Below are positions 10,971-21,520 of a stretch of 64,000 nucleotides of DNA, in pieces. This DNA comes from an uncultured Clostridia bacterium. Lineage in GTDB: Bacteria > Bacillota > Clostridia > TANB77 > CAG-508. The position numbers and the translations under genes are program-made. The number at the start of each line of letters is the position of its first letter. Position 1 is the first letter of the stretch. Location of the stretch: assembly GCA_947630065.1 (NCBI GenBank), contig CANRGE010000002.1, positions 10,535-74,534 on the forward strand, given 5' to 3'. Below the pieces are notes generated by a model, which saw nothing but the letters and a program-made list of their open reading frames with translations, was not told the DNA's origin and made no database searches.

Positions 10971-12326
10971 TCAACTATTTTCGTTTACATAATTTTTAAT
11001 ATGGTCTATTGCTCTATTCGATAAATTTTCATATCTTAGTTTTTTATCTTTAATTTTTTCTTCTAATTGTGGTAATATTCCATAATTAGCATTCATCGGT
11101 TGAAATTTTTCATTTTCAGAAGAAATATATTCTGCAAGTGCACCTATCATTGTTTCATTATTAAAAATCACTTTACTTTTTCCTTTAATTCTTTGTGATG
11201 CGTTTATTCCTGCAATCATTCCAGATGAAATAGATTCTACATATCCTTCCACTCCTGTTATTTGACCTGCAAAAAATATATTATCATTATTTTTTAAATT
11301 ATATGTGGCATCCAATAATTTAGGAGAATTTATAAATGTATTTCTATGCATAACTCCATATTTTATAAACTCTGCATTTTGTAAGCCTGGAATTTTGCTA
11401 AATACCCTTTTTTGCTCTCCAAATTTTAAATTTGTTTGGAATCCTACCATATTAAATAAAGTACCATTTTCGTTATCTTGTCTTAACTGTACCACTGCAT
11501 ATGGTCTTTTACCTGTTCTTAAATCTGTAAAGCCCACTGGTTTCAATGGGCCAAACCTTAATGTATCTAGTCCTCTTTTTGCCATTATTTCTATTGGCAT
11601 ACATCCTTCAAATATTTCTTTTTTTTCAAAGTCATGTAATGTTGTAATTTCTGCATTTATTAATTCATTTACAAATTGTTCATATTCTTCTTTATTCATT
11701 GGTAAATTAATATAACTTTTTTCTTGAATTTTAATTCTGTCTCTCCAATTAGTTTCATCTTCATCTTTTTGTCTTTCCTGTTCATATCTATTTCCCCAAA
11801 AAGCTATATTAAAATCTATACTTTCTTTCTCTACTATTGGTGCTGCCGCATCAAAAAAGAAAAGTTCCTCTGTTCCTGTATATTTTATTATTTCTTTTTC
11901 TAAGTTTTTAGAAGTTAACGGACCTGTTGCTATAATTACAACTTTATCTTTTGGGATTGTAGTTACTTCTTCATTAATTACTTCTATATTTGTATTTTCT
12001 TTTATTATTTTTGTAACTAATTCTGAAAATTTTTCTCTATCTACAGCTAATGCCTGACCTGCTGGAACTGAAGTTTCATCAGCACACTTTATTAACAAAG
12101 AGTCTAATATTCTTAGTTCTTCTTTTAACAATCCGCATGCATTTGTTAATAAATTAGATTTAAATGAATTGCTACATACAATTTCAGCTAAATTTTCGTT
12201 TGAATGTGCTTCAGAAAATTTATGTGGTTTCATTTCATATAATTTCACTTTAATTCCTCTTTTAGCAATTTGATATGCTGCTTCACATCCTGCTAGTCCA
12301 CCACCAATTATTATTACTTCTTCCAT
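10971..12326 (-). CDS. trmFO: Methylenetetrahydrofolate--tRNA-(uracil-5-)-methyltransferase TrmFO
   Basis: 451 aa with N-terminal FAD fold [19 protein letters not shown], plus SNSFKS and [15 protein letters not shown] motifs. Confidence 0.92.
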   Translation of the reverse strand: MEEVIIIGGGLAGCEAAYQIAKRGIKVKLYEMKPHKFSEAHSNENLAEIVCSNSFKSNLLTNACGLLKEELRILDSLLIKCADETSVPAGQALAVDREKFSELVTKIIKENTNIEVINEEVTTIPKDKVVIIATGPLTSKNLEKEIIKYTGTEELFFFDAAAPIVEKESIDFNIAFWGNRYEQERQKDEDETNWRDRIKIQEKSYINLPMNKEEYEQFVNELINAEITTLHDFEKKEIFEGCMPIEIMAKRGLDTLRFGPLKPVGFTDLRTGKRPYAVVQLRQDNENGTLFNMVGFQTNLKFGEQKRVFSKIPGLQNAEFIKYGVMHRNTFINSPKLLDATYNLKNNDNIFFAGQITGVEGYVESISSGMIAGINASQRIKGKSKVIFNNETMIGALAEYISSENEKFQPMNANYGILPQLEEKIKDKKLRYENLSNRAIDHIKNYVNENS

Positions 12327-12405
12327 TGTAATTACTTTCCTTTCTATAATGCAAATATTTTACTTTAAAATCCCCCTATAGCAATATGCTAAAGGGGATT
12401 TTTTC

Positions 12406-15400
12406 TTATTCAAAAAGTTTCATAATGTCTTCTTTAGATAATCTATTTATAAATGACATTCTAGTGTCTAATACATTTTCAATTAATTTTGCCTTTTTTT
12501 CTTGTAATTCATAAATTTTTTCTTCTATAGAATTTTTGGTAATAAGCTTGTAAACTTGTACATTGTTTTTCTGTCCTATTCTATATGCTCTATCTGTAGC
12601 TTGATTTTCTGCTGATATATTCCACCATGGATCATAGTGTATTACCATATCTGCTCCTGTTAAATTTAGTCCTGTTCCTCCGGCTTTTAAAGATATTAAA
12701 AATATTTTTATATTTGGATTTTTATTAAATTCTTCTACAAGTTCAAGTCTATTATTTACTTTTGTCTGACCAGTTAATTTAAAGTACTCTATATTTCGTT
12801 TTTTTAATTCTTTTTCTATTAAGCCAAAAACTGATGTATAGCTAGAAAACAGTAATATCTTATGACCGCTTTGCATTGCATCTTCTATAATTTCTATACA
12901 TTGATTTAATTTACTTGACTGTCCTTTGTAATCTTCCATAAATATACTTGGATGGCAACAAATTTGACGCAATCTTGTTAGTAATGACAATATTTTTATT
13001 TTACTATTTTCTATTCCATTTTCTTCGATTTCTTGTGTTAATTCTTTTCTTGCTTGTGATAAAAATGATAAATATATTTTTTGTTGTTCATCTTGCATTT
13101 CATTATTTAAAATTGTTACAGTTTTATCTGGCAATTCTGTTAATACTTGTTTTTTAGTTCTTCTTAATATAAATGGTTCTATTTCCATTTTTAATTTTTG
13201 CATTGTTTCATTATTTTCTTCTTTTATTATAGAGTTTTCATACTTTTCTTTAAATTTATTATAGCTGAATAAATAGCCTGGCATTAAAAAATCAAATATT
13301 GACCATAATTCGGATAGAGAATTTTCTATAGGTGTTCCTGTTAATGCATATCTTATTTGAGACTTTACTTGTTTTATAGCTTTTGCATTTTGTGTATTAC
13401 TATTTTTGATATATTGTGCTTCATCAGCAATTACATACCTAAATTCGTAGTCAATGTTTTTGTATATATCTATATCTCTTTTTAATAAATCATATGATGT
13501 AACCACAACATCATAGTCTTTTAAGCTTTCTATTTGGCTTTTTCTATTTTTTGCATTTCCGGACATTACTAAAGTTTTAATATCTGTAGTAAATTTTTCT
13601 ATTTCGTTTTTCCAATTTAATGCAAGTGAACTTGGGCACACTACCATTATTGGTAATTTATTTGTTTTTTCATTATTAATATAATTTAATATTATAGCTA
13701 TTATTTGAATAGTTTTTCCTAATCCCATATCATCTGCTAGTATTCCTGAAAATCCATAATTTTCTAATGTATTTAACCATTTATATCCTACTTTTTGATA
13801 ATTTCTTAAAACATTTTTTATTTGCTGTGGTATTTTTACTTCTCCTATATTTTCCTTGTCATCTATTGTTTTTACCATGTTGTCATAATCTGCGCTTTTG
13901 TTAATATTAGTTTTATTAATTTTTTCAAGTATTTTATTTAAATATAAACTTCTATAAATTGGTAGTTGTATATCGTTTTGGGTTATATCTTTATAATTAA
14001 CTTCTGTTCCTTCTATTAAATTATTAATAAATTCTATATCTTCGTTGTCTTCTAGAGATAAAAAGGTTCCATCTTTTAATCTATAAAATTTCTTTTTTAA
14101 ATTATATTGTTTTAAAATTTCTGATAATTCTGATTTATCAAAGTTTAACCCCTCTAAATTAATAGATAATAAATTATTATTAATTTTAACTCCTAAATTA
14201 CTAATTTTAGGCTGGCGTATCTGCTTTTGTTTAAATTCTTCAGTTGCTAAAATTTCAAATTTTTTTATATATTCTGTTATATCTTGTGATAAGAATTCAT
14301 AAATTCTTTGATTATCTGAAAGAACAAATTTTAAATTTTTTTTATCTAGCATAAAGCCTGTCTGCCTTAGCATGTTTAAACTTTTAGCTTCTTCTAATGC
14401 ATTTCTTGGTATTTTTGGTGCTTCGTTTAGTGGATTAAATTCTATTTTACCATAACAAAATTTTATTGTTGCAACAACATAATTTTTTTCGTTAAATTCT
14501 AAAAATAATTTTACTATTAATTTTTGTGGTAAGTACTTTTCTAATTCTTCTTCATCTATGGTATTTAATATTATATCATTTTCTACTTTTGGTAATACTA
14601 TAGTAAAAAAATTAGACAATTGCTTTTTATTGAATTTTATCTCTCTCGTAAAATTTCTTTTAAATACATCTAATAATTTTAGTGTCGTTTCATTATATGA
14701 ATTTTCACATCTATAAAATTTATTATCCATTAAAAAATATGTATAATCTTTTCCTTCAAAAATATTATATGTATTATATGTGTCTATACTACTAATTAAT
14801 TTATATTCCTCTTCATTTACTTTTTCTAATTCAAATTTTATATTTGGATTTTTGTCTACGAATTTTACCTCTTCTGGTACATAATCTTTTTCGAAAACAA
14901 TTTCTTTTCCGTTTAATATATTAAATAATTCATCTAAACTAGAATTATTTAATATGATTGCACTATTATTTAACATGCCTCCATATGTTCTATATACATT
15001 GCTAGAATAATTATTTACATACTTTATTATTTCTGCATGTTTTAATATAAAGTCTAATAATTCTAAACTATCTTTATTAAAAGATTCTCTAGTATGTAAA
15101 AATTCTAATTTTGCTCCATATTGACATACTTCTTCCTTTTGCATATTATCGTAAAATATGCTTAAATCTTTTATTTTATACATTTGTTTTGAATTTCCTA
15201 ATTTAAATTCAACTTTTAATTCTGGTGAATACTGATTATATATAATTTTAGGAATAATTTTTACATTTTTATCTAGAATTTTTGTAACTTTTGATTTTTG
15301 TACTTGTGTTAGTTCATCTTGTTCGTTATAAAATGTATTTATTAAATCTTTAAATTCTATATAATTTTCCTTAAATTTATGCGTATTTTCTACATTAATT

Positions 15401-15414
15401 TCTATATCTGACAT
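12406..15414 (-). CDS. SNF2-family DEAD/DEAH-box helicase (YwqA-like)
   Basis: 1002 aa with LRNYQKVGYKWL, ILADDMGLGKTIQ, DEAQYIKN and the C-terminal helicase motif QATDRAYRIGQ. Confidence 0.88.
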   Translation of the reverse strand: MSDIEINVENTHKFKENYIEFKDLINTFYNEQDELTQVQKSKVTKILDKNVKIIPKIIYNQYSPELKVEFKLGNSKQMYKIKDLSIFYDNMQKEEVCQYGAKLEFLHTRESFNKDSLELLDFILKHAEIIKYVNNYSSNVYRTYGGMLNNSAIILNNSSLDELFNILNGKEIVFEKDYVPEEVKFVDKNPNIKFELEKVNEEEYKLISSIDTYNTYNIFEGKDYTYFLMDNKFYRCENSYNETTLKLLDVFKRNFTREIKFNKKQLSNFFTIVLPKVENDIILNTIDEEELEKYLPQKLIVKLFLEFNEKNYVVATIKFCYGKIEFNPLNEAPKIPRNALEEAKSLNMLRQTGFMLDKKNLKFVLSDNQRIYEFLSQDITEYIKKFEILATEEFKQKQIRQPKISNLGVKINNNLLSINLEGLNFDKSELSEILKQYNLKKKFYRLKDGTFLSLEDNEDIEFINNLIEGTEVNYKDITQNDIQLPIYRSLYLNKILEKINKTNINKSADYDNMVKTIDDKENIGEVKIPQQIKNVLRNYQKVGYKWLNTLENYGFSGILADDMGLGKTIQIIAIILNYINNEKTNKLPIMVVCPSSLALNWKNEIEKFTTDIKTLVMSGNAKNRKSQIESLKDYDVVVTSYDLLKRDIDIYKNIDYEFRYVIADEAQYIKNSNTQNAKAIKQVKSQIRYALTGTPIENSLSELWSIFDFLMPGYLFSYNKFKEKYENSIIKEENNETMQKLKMEIEPFILRRTKKQVLTELPDKTVTILNNEMQDEQQKIYLSFLSQARKELTQEIEENGIENSKIKILSLLTRLRQICCHPSIFMEDYKGQSSKLNQCIEIIEDAMQSGHKILLFSSYTSVFGLIEKELKKRNIEYFKLTGQTKVNNRLELVEEFNKNPNIKIFLISLKAGGTGLNLTGADMVIHYDPWWNISAENQATDRAYRIGQKNNVQVYKLITKNSIEEKIYELQEKKAKLIENVLDTRMSFINRLSKEDIMKLFE

Positions 15415-15521
15415 ATTTTACCTCGCTCTAAAATATGCCTACTATTATATCACCAATTTTGCTATTTGTGTATACTTTTAAAGAAATTATTTATAAATTT
15501 ATAATGAGATTTTTATTATCA

Positions 15522-15670
15522 ATAGAAATAATAAGATAAAAAATTCCGTTCTCCAAGGCGTTATAGATAAAGTGGTTTTAAAAAATACAGAAACACACTA
15601 TTCTTAGCGAAAGCATTATGGCGCTATCGCTTCTCAGGGTCGAACTCGTTTTTTATCTTATTATTTCTAT
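15522..15670 (+). mobile_element. Family-B MITE-like element (~149 bp, 21-bp perfect terminal inverted repeats), copy 1
   Basis: The ends are ATAGAAATAATAAGATAAAAA...TTTTTATCTTATTATTTCTAT. The reverse complement is nearly identical to 28700-28848. No ORF is present. Confidence 0.8.
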
Positions 15671-15878
15671 TGGTTTTTATTTCATTTTTTTCCCACTTTG
15701 CTGTGCATGATATATAATTTTTCTTCAACTACAGCACAAAAAAAATATATATCATGCCGCAGTGGCTAGTTTTCAGTATATTTTCATTTTTACAATATTT
15801 TTTCTAACCTTTATGTTTTTGTTTTGTTAACTTTCAAAGGCCTACCCTAACTAATGTAGGATAAGCCTTAAATTTTTA

Positions 15879-17951
15879 TTATTTATTAACTTTTTTGGTT
15901 CTTTTTTTACTTTTCGTTTTAGCTTTACTTTCTTCTATGTCAACTTCTTGTGGTTCATATTTCTCGCCCACTTTTGGTTTGTTCCATGATATATAATCAC
16001 AACTATCTGGATTATTTTCACATATATAGTAATTCTTTCTTTTTTTAGTTTTTCTTATTTGTACTTTTCCACCACATTTTGGGCATGGTACATCTATTGT
16101 TTCTATAAATGGTTTTGCATTTTTACATTCTGGATAACCTGGACATGCAAGAAATTTTCCATATTTCCCATATTTTACAACTAACATTCTTCCACATTTT
16201 TCACATGGTATGTCTGTAACTTCTTCTTGTAATTCTACATGTTCTAATTCTTTTTCTACTTTTTCTACTACTTTTTCAAATGGTGTATAAAATTCTTTTA
16301 TTACTTTCCTCCATTGTTGTTTTCCTTCTGCTATTTTATCAAATTCATTTTCCATTTCTGCAGTAAATTCAACATTTATTACATCTTTGAAATTTTCTAT
16401 TAAAAGTTTATTTACTATTTTTCCTAAATCTGTAGGAACTAATTGTTTTGCTTGTTTTTCTATATATCTTCTTTCTAAAATAGTCGTTATTGTTGGTGAA
16501 TATGTACTTGGTCTTCCTATTCCTTTTTCTTCTAATGCTTTTACTAAACTTGCTTCTGTATATCTTGGTGGTGGCTCTGTAAAGCTTTGCTTTGGCTCTA
16601 TTTTTTGTTTTTCTACAACTTGTTGTTCTTTTAATTCTGGTATACTAGAATTTTCTTCTTCTTGAGCATCATCTTTTCCTTCTACATATAAAACCATAAA
16701 TCCTTTAAATTTAATATTTTGTCCACTTGCTTTGAAAGTGTAATTATTAGCATCAATTGTTGCTGAAGTTGTATCATAAATTGCTGATGCCATTTGACTT
16801 GCTATAAATCTATTATATATTAATTTATACAATTTATATTGGTCTTTAGTTAAAGCTTCTTTTACAGAGTCTGGTTCTATATCTATATATGTTGGACGTA
16901 TAGCTTCATGTGCATCTTGTGCATCTTGTTTTGTTTTGTAATATCTGTTTTCGTAGTATTCTTCACCATATGTTTTTACTATTTCTTTTTTTGCTTCTTG
17001 TCTTGCTACTTCTGAAATTCTTGTTGAGTCTGTTCTCATATATGTAATAAGACCTACAGTACCTTTTTCTGGAACTTTTACACCTTCGTATAATCCTTGT
17101 GCTACAGACATTGTCTTTTTTAATGTAAATCCTAATTTTCTTGATGCTTCTTGTTGCATTGTACTTGTTGTAAAAGGTGGTGCTGGTGTTCTTTTCTTTT
17201 CAGATTTTTTTACTTCTTTAACTATATACTGAGAATTGTCTATGTTTTTTAATATTTCATCTACCTCTTCTTTTGTATGTATGTCCATTTTTTTGTTATC
17301 TTTTCCATAAAATTTAGCTATAAAATTCTTCTTTGATTTTTTATCTTTTAATGTTGCATATATATTCCAATATTCTTCTGGTATAAATTTTTCTATTTCT
17401 TCTTCACGGTCTACTATTAATTTTACTGCTACTGATTGAACTCTACCTGCTGATAGCCCTCTTCTTACTTTTTTCCATAATACTGGACTTATTTTGTATC
17501 CAACTATTCTATCTAAAACTCTTCTTGCTTGTTGGGCATCTGTTAAATTCATGTCTATATTTCTTGGGTTTTTAATTGCTTCTTGTACTGCACCTTTTGT
17601 GATTTCATTAAATGTAACTCTTAATGCATCTTTTTCATCTATTTCTAATATATGTGCTAAATGCCATGCTATTGCTTCTCCTTCACGGTCAGGGTCGGTT
17701 GCAATATATACTTTTTTAGCATTTTTTGCTTCTTTTTTTAATGATTTTATTAAATCTCCCTTACCTCTAATATTTATATATTCAGGCTCAAAATTATTTT
17801 TTACATCTACTCCTAATTTTGACTTAGGTAAATCTCTTATATGACCCATTGATGCAATTACTTTTGTATTACCACCTAAAAACTTTTTTATAGTATTAGC
17901 CTTTGCTGGTGATTCCACTATAATTAATTTATCAGCCATGTTTATTATCAT
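15879..17951 (-). CDS. topA: DNA topoisomerase I
   Basis: 690 aa with a TOPRIM N-terminus (LIIVESPAKA), the active-site region GLITYMRTDS and C-terminal Cys4 zinc ribbons. Confidence 0.97.
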   Translation of the reverse strand: MIINMADKLIIVESPAKANTIKKFLGGNTKVIASMGHIRDLPKSKLGVDVKNNFEPEYINIRGKGDLIKSLKKEAKNAKKVYIATDPDREGEAIAWHLAHILEIDEKDALRVTFNEITKGAVQEAIKNPRNIDMNLTDAQQARRVLDRIVGYKISPVLWKKVRRGLSAGRVQSVAVKLIVDREEEIEKFIPEEYWNIYATLKDKKSKKNFIAKFYGKDNKKMDIHTKEEVDEILKNIDNSQYIVKEVKKSEKKRTPAPPFTTSTMQQEASRKLGFTLKKTMSVAQGLYEGVKVPEKGTVGLITYMRTDSTRISEVARQEAKKEIVKTYGEEYYENRYYKTKQDAQDAHEAIRPTYIDIEPDSVKEALTKDQYKLYKLIYNRFIASQMASAIYDTTSATIDANNYTFKASGQNIKFKGFMVLYVEGKDDAQEEENSSIPELKEQQVVEKQKIEPKQSFTEPPPRYTEASLVKALEEKGIGRPSTYSPTITTILERRYIEKQAKQLVPTDLGKIVNKLLIENFKDVINVEFTAEMENEFDKIAEGKQQWRKVIKEFYTPFEKVVEKVEKELEHVELQEEVTDIPCEKCGRMLVVKYGKYGKFLACPGYPECKNAKPFIETIDVPCPKCGGKVQIRKTKKRKNYYICENNPDSCDYISWNKPKVGEKYEPQEVDIEESKAKTKSKKRTKKVNK

Positions 17952-18034
17952 TCCTTTTCTTTATTTTTACTTATCATATTCTAGACTATAATAAAAAATT
18001 TTTCAATATATTTGTAAAAAAAATAATTAAACGA

Positions 18035-18153
18035 AATAATAGGAATAATAAGATAAAGAATTCTATCATAGAATTTGTTATAAAAAACATAACACATTCT
18101 AATATATTTTACTCTCTATAAATCTAATTTTTTCTTATCTTACTATCCCTATT
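18035..18153. repeat. Diverged, shorter relative of the family-B element
   Basis: The ends ATAGGAATAATAAGATAAAGAA...TTTTCTTATCTTACTATCCCTAT resemble the family-B TIR. The interior is unrelated. Confidence 0.5.
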
Positions 18154-18154
18154 T

Positions 18155-19279
18155 TTAGTTTCTATTAACCTTTTCAGTTTTATTTTTAATTGTTTTTTCT
18201 ATTTCTTCATATATTTTTTCTTCAACATTTTGTATATCTATTTTTCTTGCATTTTCTCCCATTTGTTTTAATGTGTTTTTATCTTTTATTAAGTCTTGAA
18301 TTTGTTTGTTCAAAATTTCTGGACTTAAATTATCTTCTTTTATTATTTCTGCTGCATTAATATTTTTTAAAACTTCCGCATTATATTCTTGATGATTATT
18401 ACTTACATTTGGTAATGGTATAAATATTGCCGGTTTTCCTACTCTTGCAAGTTCTGTAATTGTCATCGCTCCGCTTCTTGCTATAACTAAATCACAAGCA
18501 TTTAATGTTTCTTCCATGTTATATATATATGGAACTATTTTTACATTGTTTGTATTTACTTTTATTTGTTCTTTTACTGTTTCATATTGTTTTGGTCCTG
18601 GTGCCCACATTATTTGATAATTACTATTTAATTTTTTATTAATAAGTGGAATTATTGTATCATTAATGGCTTTTGCCCCTTGACTTCCCCCAAATATTAA
18701 TATTAAAGGTTTATCATTTGAAAATCCTAATCCTTTTAATAATTTATTTTTTTGATCTTCTGTAATTCTATTTGTTTTTATTCTTGTAGGATTACCTGTT
18801 ACTACAACACTATTAGCTTTTTTTATTCTGCTTTTTGCAATTTCAAACCCCACCAATATTTTATCTATTTTTCTAGATAACATTTTTACAGCTTTTCCTG
18901 GAAATGCATTACTTTCATGTAAAATTGTTGGTATGTTCTGTTTAGCTCCTGCAAGCATTACAGGCCCACAAATATATCCACCTGTTCCTATTATTACATC
19001 TGGTTTGAATTCTTTTATAATTTTTTTTGCTTGTGAAATTCCTTTTATTGTTTTTATAGTATTTTTTATTGTTGATATACTTATTTTTTTGCTTAATCCA
19101 TATGCTTCTATCGTTTTTAGTTCATACCCTGCTCTTGGTACTAAATCTGTTTCTAATCCTCTATTTGTTCCTATAAAAATTATTTCTGAACTTGGTTGTT
19201 CTTTTTTTATTTTATTTGCAATTGCTATTGCTGGATTTATATGTCCTCCTGTTCCTGCTGCTGTCATAATAACTTTCAT
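18155..19279 (-). CDS. murG: UDP-N-acetylglucosamine--N-acetylmuramyl-(pentapeptide) pyrophosphoryl-undecaprenol GlcNAc transferase MurG
   Basis: 374 aa with the TAAGTGGHINPAIAIA N-terminus, GGSQGA and ARSGAMTITE. Confidence 0.95.
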   Translation of the reverse strand: MKVIMTAAGTGGHINPAIAIANKIKKEQPSSEIIFIGTNRGLETDLVPRAGYELKTIEAYGLSKKISISTIKNTIKTIKGISQAKKIIKEFKPDVIIGTGGYICGPVMLAGAKQNIPTILHESNAFPGKAVKMLSRKIDKILVGFEIAKSRIKKANSVVVTGNPTRIKTNRITEDQKNKLLKGLGFSNDKPLILIFGGSQGAKAINDTIIPLINKKLNSNYQIMWAPGPKQYETVKEQIKVNTNNVKIVPYIYNMEETLNACDLVIARSGAMTITELARVGKPAIFIPLPNVSNNHQEYNAEVLKNINAAEIIKEDNLSPEILNKQIQDLIKDKNTLKQMGENARKIDIQNVEEKIYEEIEKTIKNKTEKVNRN

Positions 19280-19366
19280 ATTTTTATCATTCCTTCCATA
19301 TGTACAAACTAAGATTGAAAAAGAATTTACCTATTAAATTAATATAAATTCTTTTTCAACCTTTAA

Positions 19367-20509
19367 TTATGCTTTTTTTATTGATTTAGATATATTCAGT
19401 AATATTCCAACTGCACACAGTAATATTACAAGTGCTGTTCCACCATAACTAAAAAATGGTAATGGTATACCTGTATTTGGCATTGATGATGTAACAACTG
19501 CTATATTCATTATTGCTTGTAAACCTACTAAGCTTGTTATTCCTACTGCTAATAAGCTTCCAAACATATCTGGAGCTTTCATTGCAATAAGTAAGCCTCT
19601 CCAAATAAATATTGCAAATAATATTATAACTATAGCACATCCAACAAATCCTAATTCTTCAGCTAATATAGAGAAGATAAAATCATTGTGTGGTTCTGGA
19701 AGATATAAAAATTTTTGTTTACTTTCTCCTAATCCTACTCCAAATAATCCTCCTGAACCTATAGCATATAAACTTTGTATTATTTGCCATCCACTTTCTG
19801 TAGGGTCACTCCACGGATTTAAAAATGTAGTAAGTCTATCAATTCTGTATGCTCCTTTTCCTGTAATTTTTGCTATTGCATACATTCCTCCAGCACCAAA
19901 AATTGCTGCAATTGAACCTATTGAAAAAAAATGTAAAAATCTAGTTCCTGCCATAAGCATCATTATTGATATCACCATAATTATTAAAAGAGTAACACTT
20001 AAATGGTCTTGTAATAATACTAAAATAAGTGCCACTGGTATAATAAAACCAAATGGAATTATAAAACCGTATTTTAATGTTTTTATTTTATCTTTATATT
20101 TAGTTAACAAGGCTGCATAAAAAATTATCAAAAGAATTTTTGCTATCTCAGATGGTTGAAAACTAATAAAACCTAAGTCAAGCCATCTTGTTGCTCCTTT
20201 TGTTTCTGCACCAAGTGTTGGTATAGCAACTGCTAATGATATTATTATAGAAAATATATATCCTAAAACTGCAAATTTCATATATTTTCTATAATCAACT
20301 GTAGAAATAAATAACATTAATCCTATTCCTATTAAACCTAATATCGCTTGTTTTGTTACATATGTATAGCTATTACCACTCTCTGATAATGCTTGTGGAG
20401 AACTTGCAGATAATACCATTACTATTCCAATAGATAACAATATTAATACTGTTATAAATAATATAAAATCAAAATTAAATTCTATACGTTTTTTGGAATT
20501 ATTTTGCAT
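19367..20509 (-). CDS. ftsW: FtsW/SpoVE (SEDS family) peptidoglycan polymerase
   Basis: 380 aa, polytopic membrane protein. It carries LPEPHNDFIFS and PLPFFSYGGT motifs and sits in a dcw context. Confidence 0.92.
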   Translation of the reverse strand: MQNNSKKRIEFNFDFILFITVLILLSIGIVMVLSASSPQALSESGNSYTYVTKQAILGLIGIGLMLFISTVDYRKYMKFAVLGYIFSIIISLAVAIPTLGAETKGATRWLDLGFISFQPSEIAKILLIIFYAALLTKYKDKIKTLKYGFIIPFGFIIPVALILVLLQDHLSVTLLIIMVISIMMLMAGTRFLHFFSIGSIAAIFGAGGMYAIAKITGKGAYRIDRLTTFLNPWSDPTESGWQIIQSLYAIGSGGLFGVGLGESKQKFLYLPEPHNDFIFSILAEELGFVGCAIVIILFAIFIWRGLLIAMKAPDMFGSLLAVGITSLVGLQAIMNIAVVTSSMPNTGIPLPFFSYGGTALVILLCAVGILLNISKSIKKA

Positions 20510-20527
20510 TAATTATCTTCTCCTTTT

Positions 20528-21520
20528 TTAAATAGCAAGTATTGATATGATTGAAGTTACTAATGTGCAAATACTAAATACTGATACAACCTTATTTTCT
20601 CCCCAACCGCATAATTCAAAATGGTGATGTAATGGTGCCATTTTGAAAATTCTATTTCCTGTTTTCTTAAAATAAACTACTTGTAATATTACAGATAATG
20701 TTTCTAATACTGGAATTATTGCTACTATTAATAATATTATAGGAAGCTTTAAATATAATGCCATAGATGAGATAACTCCTCCTAATAGCAATGAACCTGT
20801 GTCTCCCATAAATACTTTTGCAGGATGCATATTAAACAATAAAAATCCTAAACATACTCCTATTACAACAGTTCCAAATATTATTATTTCTTTTACATCT
20901 AACATTATTGCAATAACAGTTAGACAAGTAACTATAATTGCTGATATTGATGGTGATAGACCATCTACTCCATCTGTTAAGTTTACAGCATTTGTTGTAC
21001 CTAACATTACAAATATTGAAAATGGTATATAAAACCATATAGGAAGTGTAATATATATTTTTAAAAATGGTATATATGTTGCTGTTCCTAAGTTTAATCC
21101 GTTTATTAAATATATAGTATAACCTACTGAAATTATTAGCAAGCCAAACATTTTGTAAGCTGGTTTTAATCCTTTTGTATTCTTAAAAATTAGTTTTTTA
21201 GCATCATCTATAAAACCAATTAAACCAAATCCTAATGTTACTATAGCAATTGGTATAAGTTTTTTTGCTATTTGTGTATCATTACCTGGTTTTGAATAAT
21301 CCCAAATTAGAAATATTAGTAATAATACAATTGCTATTGCTATTATTACTCCTCCCATAGTAGGAGTTCCTTGTTTACCCAAATGCGATTCTGGTCCATC
21401 TTCTCTTTCTATTTGCCCTATTTTTAATTTTTTTAATATTGGTATTACTACTATTGAAAGTGCTACTGTTGCTATAAATGACATAAGTAATATCTTTATT
21501 TGAAAACTCAATTTACTCAC
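20528..21520 (-). CDS. mraY: Phospho-N-acetylmuramoyl-pentapeptide transferase MraY
   Basis: 330 aa with TPTMGG, NAVNLTDGVDGL and PLHHHFE motifs. Confidence 0.96.
   Translation of the reverse strand: MSKLSFQIKILLMSFIATVALSIVVIPILKKLKIGQIEREDGPESHLGKQGTPTMGGVIIAIAIVLLLIFLIWDYSKPGNDTQIAKKLIPIAIVTLGFGLIGFIDDAKKLIFKNTKGLKPAYKMFGLLIISVGYTIYLINGLNLGTATYIPFLKIYITLPIWFYIPFSIFVMLGTTNAVNLTDGVDGLSPSISAIIVTCLTVIAIMLDVKEIIIFGTVVIGVCLGFLLFNMHPAKVFMGDTGSLLLGGVISSMALYLKLPIILLIVAIIPVLETLSVILQVVYFKKTGNRIFKMAPLHHHFELCGWGENKVVSVFSICTLVTSIISILAI

Noticed and set aside
15541-15650. A tRNA-like or other RNA gene inside the family-B element (GC-richer core with GGGTCGAAC, reminiscent of a T-arm).
   Set aside because: No cloverleaf can be drawn: there is no acceptor stem, no anticodon arm, and no D-arm GG or T-loop TTCGA consensus. 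The segment is bounded by perfect TIRs and is present in inverted copies, which fits a MITE better.
15681-15780. A long imperfect hairpin (…CCACTTTGCTGTGCATGATATATA…TATATATCATGCCGCAGTGG…) between topA and the SNF2 gene, considered as a riboswitch or ncRNA.
   Set aside because: It occurs only once in the window and matches no motif I know. It is probably a terminator or spacer structure, and the evidence is insufficient to call it.
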